From Takakia lepidozioides (taxonomy: Eukaryota; Plantae; Bryophyta): 64,000 bases of DNA. Below, one piece after another: positions 13,091 through 24,550 of this stretch; position 1 is the first letter of the stretch, and every line of letters begins with the position of its first letter. The position numbers and the translations under genes are program-made. Location: positions 45,570,001 to 45,634,000 of the forward strand of contig CM060733.1 of assembly GCA_030704615.1 (NCBI GenBank). The letters run 5' to 3'. Under the pieces are notes generated by a model that saw only the letters and a list, made by a program, of their open reading frames with translations, searched no databases and had not been told where the DNA came from.

Positions 13091-14254
13091 CTGTCCAGCT
13101 TCTGGAATTGACCAGCTATCCACTCAGGCTTCTTGGTGCTGTCAATCCGCATTGCCTTGTTGGTGCTCTTGTGCTTCAAATCTGGTTCTCTAGGATGGAA
13201 CTGCACCCATACTCCATCCCTGCACTCTCAGGCATCCCTTCCACCATTACAATAATGAAGGTATCCTTGCGAGGGGACAAACATACCTTAGCAAACACCC
13301 CATTTCCCACCTATGGACCTACACTAGTTGCCATGCTGAATTGGTGACAAGAGTGAGTGAAAACAAAGTTTCTGTGCGTCTGTAAGAGAGAGATACACAG
13401 AACTTCAGTAGGGCAGGAGAACCTTGAACCAGTCCCAAGCAGGATAATTTACCCTCTAAAAAGCATCAGCTTCAATCGAACACTGCTCCTCTAGCCCTCA
13501 AGTTTGCAAGAGATTTGATACCTCTGAGAGCAGCTGTCCAGTCACAGGGAATTGAGTGTAGTCTAGTGCGCTGCCAATTGCCCACATACTAGAACATATG
13601 AGGTTGATCCAACAATGCTCCTCAAGCGGTCTAGCTTCCACCACGAGGGACAGGAGGAGTGAATATGAGAGAGAATGTATGAGAAATATCATTAATACAG
13701 AGAGCTTTTCAATGCAACTGCTTCCTGCTGCAACATGGCAGGCATTCACCTTATTGCATCGTTTGTCCGAACTGGGGTTTGTAACGCATTCCTTCCGAAG
13801 CATGTCTTCGTCTGTGTTTTGGCTTTGTGGATAATTGCGTGAGTTGGCAAATTCCTTGCTGAATGTGACCACAGGTGGTAGTGCCAATTCATTTTTCTCC
13901 TCCAGGCGGCCTACTTGCTCCTCTATGGTCTCGGCCTGCAAACAAATTTCAATGAAAGTCGGTTTGGCGGAGAGCAGCGCAGAAAGGTCAGCCTCGAGAG
14001 TCCCTAGAGAAGGATCCCACGGATGCCATACGTGCTGCGGTAGCCGATCCTTCCCCATCTCTCTTGCCAAACCCCTTTGACAATGCTCCCAACAGGGGCA
14101 TGCCTGCTGCTTCTCGAACTCTTCTGCCAAACCCTTCGGCCGCTGCTGCTAACAGAGTGCCTGGGTAGTATGGAATTAGCCAGCCGATCCAGCAGTATAC
14201 CCAACTATCAGTATTCAACAAGAGAGAGTGACATTGCATCCGTGATAAGTCCAT
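13091..14254 (-). pseudogene. Upstream exons (~14254-13750 and 13200-13091) encoding an OSB-like PDF motif, probably the 5' part of the PPR-DYW gene
   Basis: MLRKECVTNPSSDKRCNK|FHPREPDLKHKSTNKAMRIDSTKKPEWIAGQF resembles the OSB motif LW..FF..P..WWDNR..K.NP..PDFKHK....LW......P.WV. GT/AG sites at 13749, 13201, 13090 and 12525 preserve frame. Confidence 0.6.
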
Positions 14255-16699
14255 GATAAGCCAGTGCAGCTAGACACATGCTCTGCATACTCCGCTTTCG
14301 TCCAACTCAAGATATTCTGCCCTGTTGCTTCAAATTCTATGCTCTGGAAGCAGAAGTGAGGCTTTTGAGTCTTCTGCAGTCTGCTATTTCCGAGCTATGT
14401 TTTGTATACCGTAAACTCGCTACGATTCGTGTTCGTATCGCCTCGACCCTCTAACACAAACAGTCATGTTTTGTCAATTCAGCAGATATCGTAGATTCAG
14501 TCTTTGAATCTGAATGTTCTCTTGTTGCAGAGTTCAATCTTCCTGATTTAGCTCAGTAGTATGTGGCCCCTCTGAACTATTGCAAATGCAGTCATCACCT
14601 GATTGTGAGTGTGTAAGGAAGGGTATTCGTTTGGATTAGAAGCTGGTAAAGCAAGTCTTGGTTGTTTGCTTTCATCCCCGCGAGAGAGAGAAGATATACA
14701 TGTGATGTCAAGATATGGACAAGACCATAAGGTCATTGTCATTGAAAGACAAAACAGCCCTTTACGGGGCATCATCTAACAACCCCTTTTACCATCTCAT
14801 TTGAATATCTTATTACTTTACAGGGTATCTGAAAAAAACAGGGTGGGAGGGCGGGATTCATGGTCATTCATATCCTGAAAGCACCATAAGTTGACATAAA
14901 GCATTCATTTTTTGTTGACATGGGTCAAGCCTTACATAATCTGGTTCTTGAGCCATTCATCTTCCTAAAAAGGCATCATGTGTAGGCTTGAAACTGATCT
15001 GTCAGTGCCAAGACACATGCAAGATTCATAAAGTAGAAACGGGGCTGAGTTTTTTCAGGCATATGTAGGCCTGGATAGGTATTCCAGGACTTCAAGATCA
15101 AAACTCTGCCATGGTAGAAGGTAGGAAGCACACAACATCTACCAGTAAGCAGGTCTTGAAAATCAAAATACTGATGGGGCCAGGTCTGAAGGTGCTTCAG
15201 TGCCAAGTCATAGGCAAGACTTCTAACAACACAAATTACAGGGCTGAGTACCCTCAAGCAGATATGGGCCTGGAGTGGTATTCCAGGGCCTCATAAAAAG
15301 CTCTGCCAGTTAAAGAAAGGAACTCAAAAACCCTTGTCCCCTATCATGCAATGAAATAGTGGTGATATAAGAGCCTTGAAGAATGTTTGTTATTAGACAA
15401 GGTCTATCTTCTGATCCATCAGAGCCAGACCATGGTGTTTCATTTCAGAGCTTAGTTTCCATGCTGCCAGAGTTATAGCTGCAGCCTTGTACCTTTGTTG
15501 AAAACAGCCAGAGCCTTCAGTACAGATTTTGTTTTCTATGAAGTCCCTTGTGTATCTTAACTCCAAAACATATAGAAGTGGTCATCAGAACCAAAAACAG
15601 GGGTAAGGAGTAAGAAGGTGATCCTCATTAGAGCAGACTTGAAGCCGTTTTAAGGCAGCAAGGTGGCAGATTTGAAACAACAGTTGGTATCAGCAGCTTC
15701 AGGCAGTAGTAGCAATCCCTTATGCATGAATCAGACTCTGCAAGCTTCAATAATTCAAGACAAGTGAAGACCCTCACCTGTGCTCGTCCCAAAAACCACC
15801 ATATAGAGATGTGTGTTAGTGAGGATGCATCAGGTGAGTGGCAGGTTTTCACAGTTGCTATCCATGTCAGTGTTGAATTCTAAAGCATGTACAAATCACA
15901 ATCCAAGCAAGGGTACACTCAAAAAACCTTGAGTGTTTGCGGTATGCCCTGCACCATGGCGTCCAACAAATGTCTCCAGCAGAACGCAATCAAAGTAGAA
16001 GTGTTCACAGATAGAGAATAGCTCATACAAAAAGAGAGCAACATGTAATCTGTGGATATGTAGGGATGGAGTACTTCCCAACGAGGAGTAAGAGCGCCGC
16101 TGCGAATTTAACGGAATCATGAATTTCTGAGCAGAGCAATCATTGCTTTGTCGTCTGCCAGAGAGGAATCTGTCTATCTGCCAATGCGCATCCCAAGAGC
16201 CAGCCATGACGAGTACCATGTAGCTAAAGGGGAGCAGGTTTACACGGCGCATCATCAAGGATCACTGAAGCACGGGTTCTGTGCTTTGAAATGTGTCGGC
16301 CCGTTTAGGGCATAGCTTCCCGATTTCTCATCCAGGATGGATGAAAAGTCGTATTTTAAAGATATGCACTTTGTCAATGGATGATATCCCATAAAAATGT
16401 ATCTTAGGGTTATGGTATAGGCTTAGGTTTAGTAACTGCCATCATTTATGATGGTAAAAATTACTACCTCTTGGATTTTTAGAGTAGGTCACCATTATTC
16501 ATGTATTTCATCCAGTTTAGATGAAAGAAACAAATGGTAAACCAAGCTTTCTGTACATTAAGTTTTATCATCCTATAATGATATCAGCCAAATTTGGTTG
16601 AAAAAGGTTGGGATGAAAATCTACATAACCAGCCTCATAAATGTTAAGGCCAAATGAAATCCAAAAAGTTATAGAGGGAGAGGGAGAGAGAGGGGCATT

Positions 16700-18835
16700 G
16701 GCCGGTACTCACGTGCGGCCAAGGCTTTAACACCTTCCACACCAGTGCCTCCATCAGCGGATACTGTCACTGCCCTTGAAGCCCTTCACCCATCGGCTCA
16801 GGATATTCTGTCGCTTTTTGTCGAGGACTTCGAGCTAGACCAGGATCTCAAGCTAGATCAGGAGGTCTTCACTCAGGCCTTCACGTGCAGTCCCCATCTT
16901 GCAGCTGCAAGTCCTTCCGGTCTCTTGTATGAGCACTTGCGTGACTGTTTCTCTCCACAAGACTCTGCTAGTGGCTTCTCTCAGCTATTTCAGATTTGCT
17001 CATTTATTGCTGCAGGCCGTATCCTTGCCCCAGTGGCCCGTCTCCTTGGGGCCTCCAGATTGTTGGCTATGAGCAAACCCTCAGGTACTGGCATCTGCCC
17101 TATCGCAGTTGGAGAGGTTCTTTACCGCCTTTTCAGCCGCTCACTTTGTCTTCAGTTTCGAAATGTCTTCTCCAAACACCTCTTTCCTCACCAGTTCAGG
17201 GTCGCCACTCCAGGAGGTTGCGAGGCGGTGGTTCAGGGGATTCATGCAGTTCTTGATCTTCATCCGGATTGGGTGGTTCTCGAGGTCGACGTCACCAACG
17301 CTTTCAACATTGTGTCACGAGCAGCTATCTTTCAAGAGCCCGTTTAGCCGGAGGAGACTTCCACCAGCTCATTCCGTTTGTTCGATTATTCTATACATCC
17401 ACCATTCCCCTATACTACAGTCAACATTCTCGCCTATGTGAGTGCTCCATCATTCAGTCCGAGGTTAGGAGCCGCCAATGCGACCCTTTAGGAGGACCTT
17501 TGTTTGCTATGGCTCATGTCCGTGCCCTCACGGCGTTTGCACAAGTACACTCATCTTGTCTTTTTCCGTCGGTGGCAGACGACACGCACATTGTAGGCCC
17601 TGCCTCACATGTATTTTCAGTTTACCATCATTTTGTCACCCAACTCTCTGCAGTGGGACTTTCAGTGCAACCTCGCAAATGTGCGGTGTGGTCTCCGTCC
17701 GGTCTCTCTACATATTTTGTTCTCCCTGCTCACTTTATTGCTCCGCCCAATAGCATCAGAATCCTGGGAGTCCCTTTTGGCACCACCCAGTTCACAACGT
17801 CATTCTTGGAAGATGCAATCCACCAGGATGCCACCCACGCCGATCTCCTTCCTAGGCTCGGAGATGTACAGGTAGCATATGGAATCTTGACCAAATGTTT
17901 CCTTCAGCGATTCCATATCTCTTGCGCACTGTTCCACCCAGCCCAGATTTCCTACACCTCTTATCTGGGTTTGATACTACCATGATGACTAGCTTCGGGA
18001 GATTGTTAGGACCGGGAGCTCTGGAGGGTGCTCAGGGACTTTTGCCACGACAGCAAGCCACCTTGCCCGTCTCTTCCGGTGGTGTGGGTCTTTTGTCCAT
18101 TGTTACTACCGCCCCGTCAGCTTTCCTCGGCAGTTGGGCGTTGGTGGCGCCAACCCTCGCTTAACGATTTGTCTGTGACCATAGTTCCATCCTTATGGAC
18201 GTCGTTGCACATGTCGACAATGGCATTTTACCCTTCCAGCAGCATCTCCGCTCTGCACGAGATCTTAACGATTTGTCTGTGACCATAGTTGGTTGCTCAA
18301 GGCCTCGACCATCTTCAGGAGTCCATTTCCGAGCGCGTGCACCATCATTCCTTTTCCGGCATGCTCTCAAGTGCTTCTTTTGAGTTGCATCGAGCCCGAC
18401 TTCTATCATGCACACGACCCGGAGCAGGGCCATTGTTGCCCACTATCGCACATTTTCGCCTCACATCCCTTATTTTCACTACTGCGCTCCACCTTCGACT
18501 CGGTTTGCCTCATCTTTTGGCATTCGGTCTTCAGTGTTGCGTCTGTCTTCAGCCCATCGATGACCTTGCCATCCATCTCCTCCGCTGTCCATGTGGTGGT
18601 GAGCGCACTACATCTCATGATATAGTTCGCGATGCGGTGACATCTATTACTCGGGAGGCAGGGTATCATGTATTGCGTGAGCAACCACATCTACGACCCA
18701 CGCTCACGTCCCACTCTACACGCCGCCGTGTTGACATCATCATATCTAGAGATGGTTTGCGTATCCTAGCAGATGTCGTTCTCGCCAACCCCACTCGAGC
18801 GGATCTGCTATCTCGCGCAACTACCACACCAGGGC
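16700..18835 (+). mobile_element. 5'-truncated non-LTR retrotransposon with RT plus restriction-like endonuclease (CRE/early-branching type), degenerate
   Basis: RT motifs (KPSGTGICPIAVGEVLYRL, VDVTNAFN, RQCDPLG, SVADDTHIVG, IRILGVPFG), then C-x-C..H...C zinc finger, HDIVRD and R-V-D-I-I..A-D-V RLE core. Stop at 17345 and several frameshifts. Confidence 0.85.
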
Positions 18836-19139
18836 CGACCCATATCAGTTTCCAAGTGCATTTTCAATTTATCTTCGTGGAGGTCAAGTGCCAAAAGCAT
18901 ACATGGAAAGTGTGGTGCGATTACCTCCCCCTTGAGATGAACTTGCATTTGCTATGTCTGAAAGCATGATGTTGAAAGGAGCAAGTCAAAGTCTAGAAAA
19001 CAGCTTGTTGGATGGTGAAGAGAGATTGAAGATGTGTGCCCTGTCAATTCTTACCCCTGTGTGTGGTTTTTGACAGTTCGTAGTTTGATTGTTTTTGAAT
19101 GTCATGCATGTGAATATTACAAAATATATTTTCCCTGAA

Positions 19140-19919
19140 GATTGAGACGCAAGCTGGGCTCATGCAGTGAGCCAAGCTCAAGCAGCTGGTGAGCAACCGG
19201 GAGGTCGGATGCTTCGAACTTGCCGCTCATGTAGGCAGCAGTTTGATCCTCTTGTGAACCATCCCCGGGCTTGCCGGTTCCACACGGCTCACTTTGGAGG
19301 TAAATTATGACATTTCCGCCTTTGGTTTGGAATCTCGTGTTCTATATGTTGTTGTGCTTATCATTGTGACCAGGCAGTACAGTGTATTCCAGCTGTGGCA
19401 ACCAGCCGTTGCTTATGCATCTTCACTGCTTGGTTGCTCAATTGCTCAATCGCACATTAAGTCCATTTAGAAGTTGTTTCGTTGGACTGCCGAAGGCATG
19501 CTGAGAGCTACAGTAGTAACTAAACCCCATACATCAGGTGTCAGGGGTATAATGAATAGCTTGATGGAGTATTATTTCTTGCCAGAAGCACCTCTTGCAT
19601 ATCAGAGGTCAGACTGGAATGCAAATTGCAAATTGTTAGTTAGAAGGTTTGGTCTGTGGAGAGCTCAGTGTTGATTAGTGGCTTGGACTTTTTTGTATAC
19701 AGGAGATACAAAAAGAAAGTTTGAAAGCGTGTACACTGGGGGTACCTTTGGACACAACAGGTGGTGGTGATCTGGAATTGTACCCAATGTCATTTTGAAC
19801 ACTGCCATGGTGGACATGTATGTCAAATGTGGGTGCATCAATATTGGCATTGTTGTGGCGTCTCTAATCCATTTGATGTTGGCTGTGAAGCTGCGCCTCA
19901 TATGTCATATGACGATTAG
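19140..19919 (+). pseudogene. Remnant of a conserved small plant gene with a C-terminal Cys/His motif, interrupted by a PPR fragment
   Basis: Exon to 19299: RTCRSCRQQFDPLVNHPRACRFHTAHFG|. Exon from 19703: GDTKRKFESVYTGGT...QYWHCCGVSNPFDVGCEAAPHMSYDD*. About 70 bp of PPR code (SGIVPNVILNTAMVDMYVKCG) sits at ~19770-19838. Confidence 0.75.
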
Positions 19920-20026
19920 ATTGAAATGCATGGACAACTGTACAACATGTACAATAATGATATTGTGGCATGACATATGCCAATGGGCATTCTTGAAGGT
20001 CCTTGGCTGTAAACCCTCTACTATTC

Positions 20027-23000
20027 AAGTGTGAAACAGGAAGAGCTGTAGGCACTTGATATTCTTTGACTCGAGAGGCGTTTCTGGAGTACATGTATGC
20101 GGTAAGGCCGAGCCTGTACTCACTTGTCTTTCTGAATACATGTTTGTATTTTGTTTTGTACTCATCCCTATTTTGATCAATGCGTCAAGAACTGGTAGAG
20201 GCAGCAGAGAAGGGGAAATCCGAATACTACCGCACTACAACAGAGGAACTTAGGACATCAAAAGGTGTGGAAGTAGTAATAAAGAATGAGTATGAAATCC
20301 GCAGAACCAAATTGATGTCTGCCTTCGGAAATCAGCTTAAAATAGTAGATCCTGGCCTTGGTGCTGAGTTCCTTCTGCAGATCAAATCTCACTATGACAA
20401 GCATGTGCACCCGGAGATGCAAATAGGAGAAATTGCACCGGCTGACCATCTCCATGGTTGACCCCCAAACCAAAATAAGATGGCTGGAGATTTGGAACTC
20501 AAATTAGACAGTAAAGGTCTTGAATCAGTTCTCAAAGAGCACTATACAGCCTGGCACAAAGGTGGAAGGAATCAGTGACATTGTGTTTGACAACTGGCTT
20601 CACAAGGCTACATTTTGGAGTCATGTGTGTATTCAAAGAGATTCCATTTTTGTTGACTTCATGAATGTGATGAGTATCTTATTTGCAAAACTGAAATATA
20701 CCATTTGCAGCTGGAGAAGCGCGCCATCATTGTGCTGGAGCTGACTTTGAAGGACTTGAACATTTCTATTGTTTCTCCGCCCCAAATGACATTGGAGGCA
20801 TACATAAGGAAGTGGAGAGATCTCACTTGGAAATACTGTTTTTTCCGAGAGTTCTCCAAGGATGGTAACATTTTGCGGTCCAACGACTTTGACAGTCAGG
20901 TTGGGGGAGAGTGGGTCATGATGCGAGTTGTGTACAGGTGCAATGTCCTACTGGAAACTGTGTTGGCTCTTGTGAGAAATCGTTAGGCTTTGTTAGCAGT
21001 GTAATCACAGATCCAAAGTGAATGTCGGTGCCAACATTCATTTCTATGTCTCTGTCCTTCCAAAGCTAGAAATTGCATTCACTTGGATTAGGAACTTAGG
21101 GTGTGTTTGCAGTGTCCTTGAATGGAATTTTGTGAATGACATTGACGACATTCACATCCAGAGCTGTTGCGAGGTCCTGAGATTTAATGTACATTTTGTA
21201 TGTTCCATTGACTTTTTAGTGAGAGTTCCTCACTCGAGTTTTCTGAATGTCGTTGCCGACATTCACTTTCCTTGCAATGTTGTTGCCTCTTATGAGAAAT
21301 CGTTAGGTTTTGTTAGCAGTGTAATTACATATCCAAAGTTTCTAATCCAGGTGAATAATCTCTAGCTTTGGAAGGACACAGACATAGAAGTGAATGTCGG
21401 CAACGACATTAACCATGTACACCGCAGAGATATTGAATGACTGGAGTCATTCTCACTTCAGAGACTGTGGTTGGTACCTAGACTGCCTATCTGAGCACAC
21501 GACCTTTCAAGAGCAGCACATGAAATATTTGAACAATAATATTGAGATGCTGGCGCCTCTGAATGACGAGGAGTACTAAAGAAACATAGCAACATTGGCT
21601 GCCAAGGAGCCTGATGCTCAGGAGACAATGCAGAAGGGCAAGAAGGCGGGGCGCAAATCAAAAGACAAGGCTCCTGATGTCATAGCCATCTCACCAGCAA
21701 AGCCAAAGGACAAGGAGAAGGAAAATGACAAGGGGAAGGAGAAAGAAAATGAGTGTGAGAAGGACTTCACTGCTGGAAGGTATACCCGCACAATTCAGTG
21801 CGTGTTCGATGCTAGGCCACACCCTTTCTGTACTGATTCGGCAGGAGAGATTAAGATTGTCAATGAGGGTTGGCTGACGATGATGCAGAATCGAAAGAGA
21901 TGATACACTGGGGTGCCTTCGCCTACCTGAGACAACATGATCTCATTCCTTAATCTGGTGAGAATTTCATTTTCTTTCCTTTGCATCTGTAAGTGTCATT
22001 AGCAGTATTAAAGTTTGGTTCTTTGAAAACATTCTTGTCTTCGTTTTAAAATTGAACATGTCTGTTGTAGGTGAGTACTGCTCCCACCTTCGTGTGCGGT
22101 GTGCAGAAAAAATTTGCGGCTGACATGGTCATTCTCGACATCCCGGACGGCCAGGCTTTGCCAGAAGTTCTTCCGAAGGGCAAGACGTCAAGTTGGAACA
22201 AATTCGATGACAACTACTGGAATTGGGTGTTCAGGTTCTGAATAATTTCATCTCTGATACACGGACACTTCTGCTTTTTCAGTCATGTGACAAAGATAGT
22301 CGTCGGGCATTGGCATCATACCTGAAGTCCTCTGGGTTTGAAGTTTTTGCGCACATGGAATTGTGTGAACAGCCTCTACCCCGAGGATAAGCAGGTCGAC
22401 AACGACTTTTCATGTGAGTAAGTCCTAAACCCACTTTGGGAGCCATACTCAATTCTCGGACATCAAATTTACAGTAATAACTTTATTCAGGCTGTGACTT
22501 GCAGGAAAGGCAGCGATGGATCTTCAGGAGATACCCCCATTTGTGGCGAGTCTGTTTTCGACAGCCCCCTTTCCAATTTTCTGCTTCCTGTGTATGCCGA
22601 AGCAATGGCATTTCATGCGGCCGAGTCTCTATCCCCTGACTTTTTATTGCCCGGCCGCAAGTGTAGCCAACGTAGATCCGGAGTTCTTACATACTTAGAC
22701 CTAGATGCAAAGGACGCGGGGATACATTGTACTGACTCTGAGTCAGACTGAACTTTGTTCTTTTAATGTTCTGTTTCATCCTCTTCGGAAAACATTGAAT
22801 CCCCTTACTCCACTGTAGTTGTTCCGGCAGAAAAAAAAAAGAATCAAAGAATCCATTTTCATTAAAATGACAATATGTATGAATCCATCCCACAAACCCC
22901 ACTCACTCTTCTCATATCCATTGTGCATTCATCTATTGTGTATTCATGCGTGCTCCATTCATGAATGTTTTCCTTTATTCAACATCCATTGTACATTCAT

Positions 23001-23468
23001 CCACTGTACTCTGTAATCCACCCCACAAACCTACCACACTCATGTCATATACATTGTGCATTCATCTACAATATATTCATGCATCCTCCAGTCACGAATG
23101 TTTTCCATTATTCAACATCCATTATACATTCATCCATTTGACTCTTACCCATCCCACATTCATCCATCTACTTTCATTTTTCGCACTCGTCCATCTGTTT
23201 ATCATCCACTCTACATTCATCCATCCTTCATTCATCTGTTGCTTTCAGGTGGGAATGACCACGTCATTTTATTATATCGTCCAGCTTGTTTCCACGGTAA
23301 AGGGTGCTCTTCCGCGGGAATATACTCCACTTCTTTCTTGGCGCGTGGTGACGCGACCTTCAAGCGCGATGACGTGGAGTGAGCCCCGTGATGTGGCGTT
23401 GGCGCAAGGTGACGTGGCGTGAGTGCAGTTGTGCTCACGCAACCAGGCTCACGCCGAGGCATCACCCC
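20027..23468 (+). mobile_element. ParB-MTase element copy B, 5'-truncated deletion derivative of copy C
   Basis: Collinear and highly similar to ~33040-37771. The junction at 22380/22381 joins the equivalents of 35960 and 36706. Many premature stops; same right terminus. Confidence 0.9.
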
Positions 23469-23584
23469 TTGCCCGATTAGAATTAAAAAAAACACTAGTA
23501 TTAACGAGTATCAAACGAACAGCTGGCTATATGAATCATACTGGTCTGCTAGCTTCACAACAAACAAAGATTCGAACATTGATG

Positions 23585-24290
23585 TGTCGTGCGCATACAT
23601 ATCGCTACACAACTACATCGCTGTCCAAAACCACACAACACATGTGCACACCACACACTAGTATACCACTAGTCTACCACTAGTCCAGCCACTAGTCCAA
23701 CCACTAGGCTACAACTAGTCAGTCACTAGGCTGCCACTACGCTGCCCACTATGGCAGTCACTAGTCCACACAATGATAAAGAAGAAGAATACAAGCACAA
23801 GCTCATGCGAGCTCACAAAGCTGAAGCATAAACTCATGCATATATAACCTCATCACTCAAATACAAGTCAAGCCAAGTGCACCCCACGCCATGGGGAATC
23901 CACACTACGGCGCCATAGCTAGGCGCGGTGAGGCTCAACTCGAGAAAGATGAGCCTCCCGCGCTTGCCGTGAAGATAACCACTCCAGGGCCTAAATCTGC
24001 CTTGACCCCTGGATTGACACTTGGGCCAATCCCAAATGTCAATATGTAAAAGCTAGCTATTTCCTAGCTAGTTTCACACTAGTGGTAAAATAACTTGACA
24101 GCTGTCGTGCGCATACATATCGCTACACAACTACATCGCTGTCCAAAACCACACAACACATGTGCACACCACACACTAGTATACCACTAGTCTACCACTA
24201 GTCCAACCACTAGTCCAACCACTAGGCTACAACTAGTCAGTCACTAGGCTGCCACTACGCTGCCCACTATGGCAGTCACTAGTCCACACA
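23585..24290 (-). repeat. Putative 3' LTR bounded by a 190-bp direct repeat (23585-23774 = 24103-24292) rich in CCACTAG units
   Basis: TG..CA ends, adjacent PPT and TATATA at ~23841. The two repeat copies differ by about one substitution. Confidence 0.7.
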
Positions 24291-24550
24291 ATCGCCCCCC
24301 TAGCTGGTGCTTAGGTCCCTCTAAGTCCAGGTAGCCACAAGATGTGATAGTGACCATAGCCTCACTAAGTCCTCCACCACTATCCCTACTACACTCAAAC
24401 TCGATAGATCAAGAGGCCGGGTGCAAGAGTTGCCCCATCGTTAGTCGCCGTCTTGCAACCTGTGAACTTGAGCTTGGGATCTTATGTATTGACTCCTATG
24501 AGCTTGGCCTCCCATGTCTTGTTAGCTGCCTCCAGTCATGTCCACTGCCA

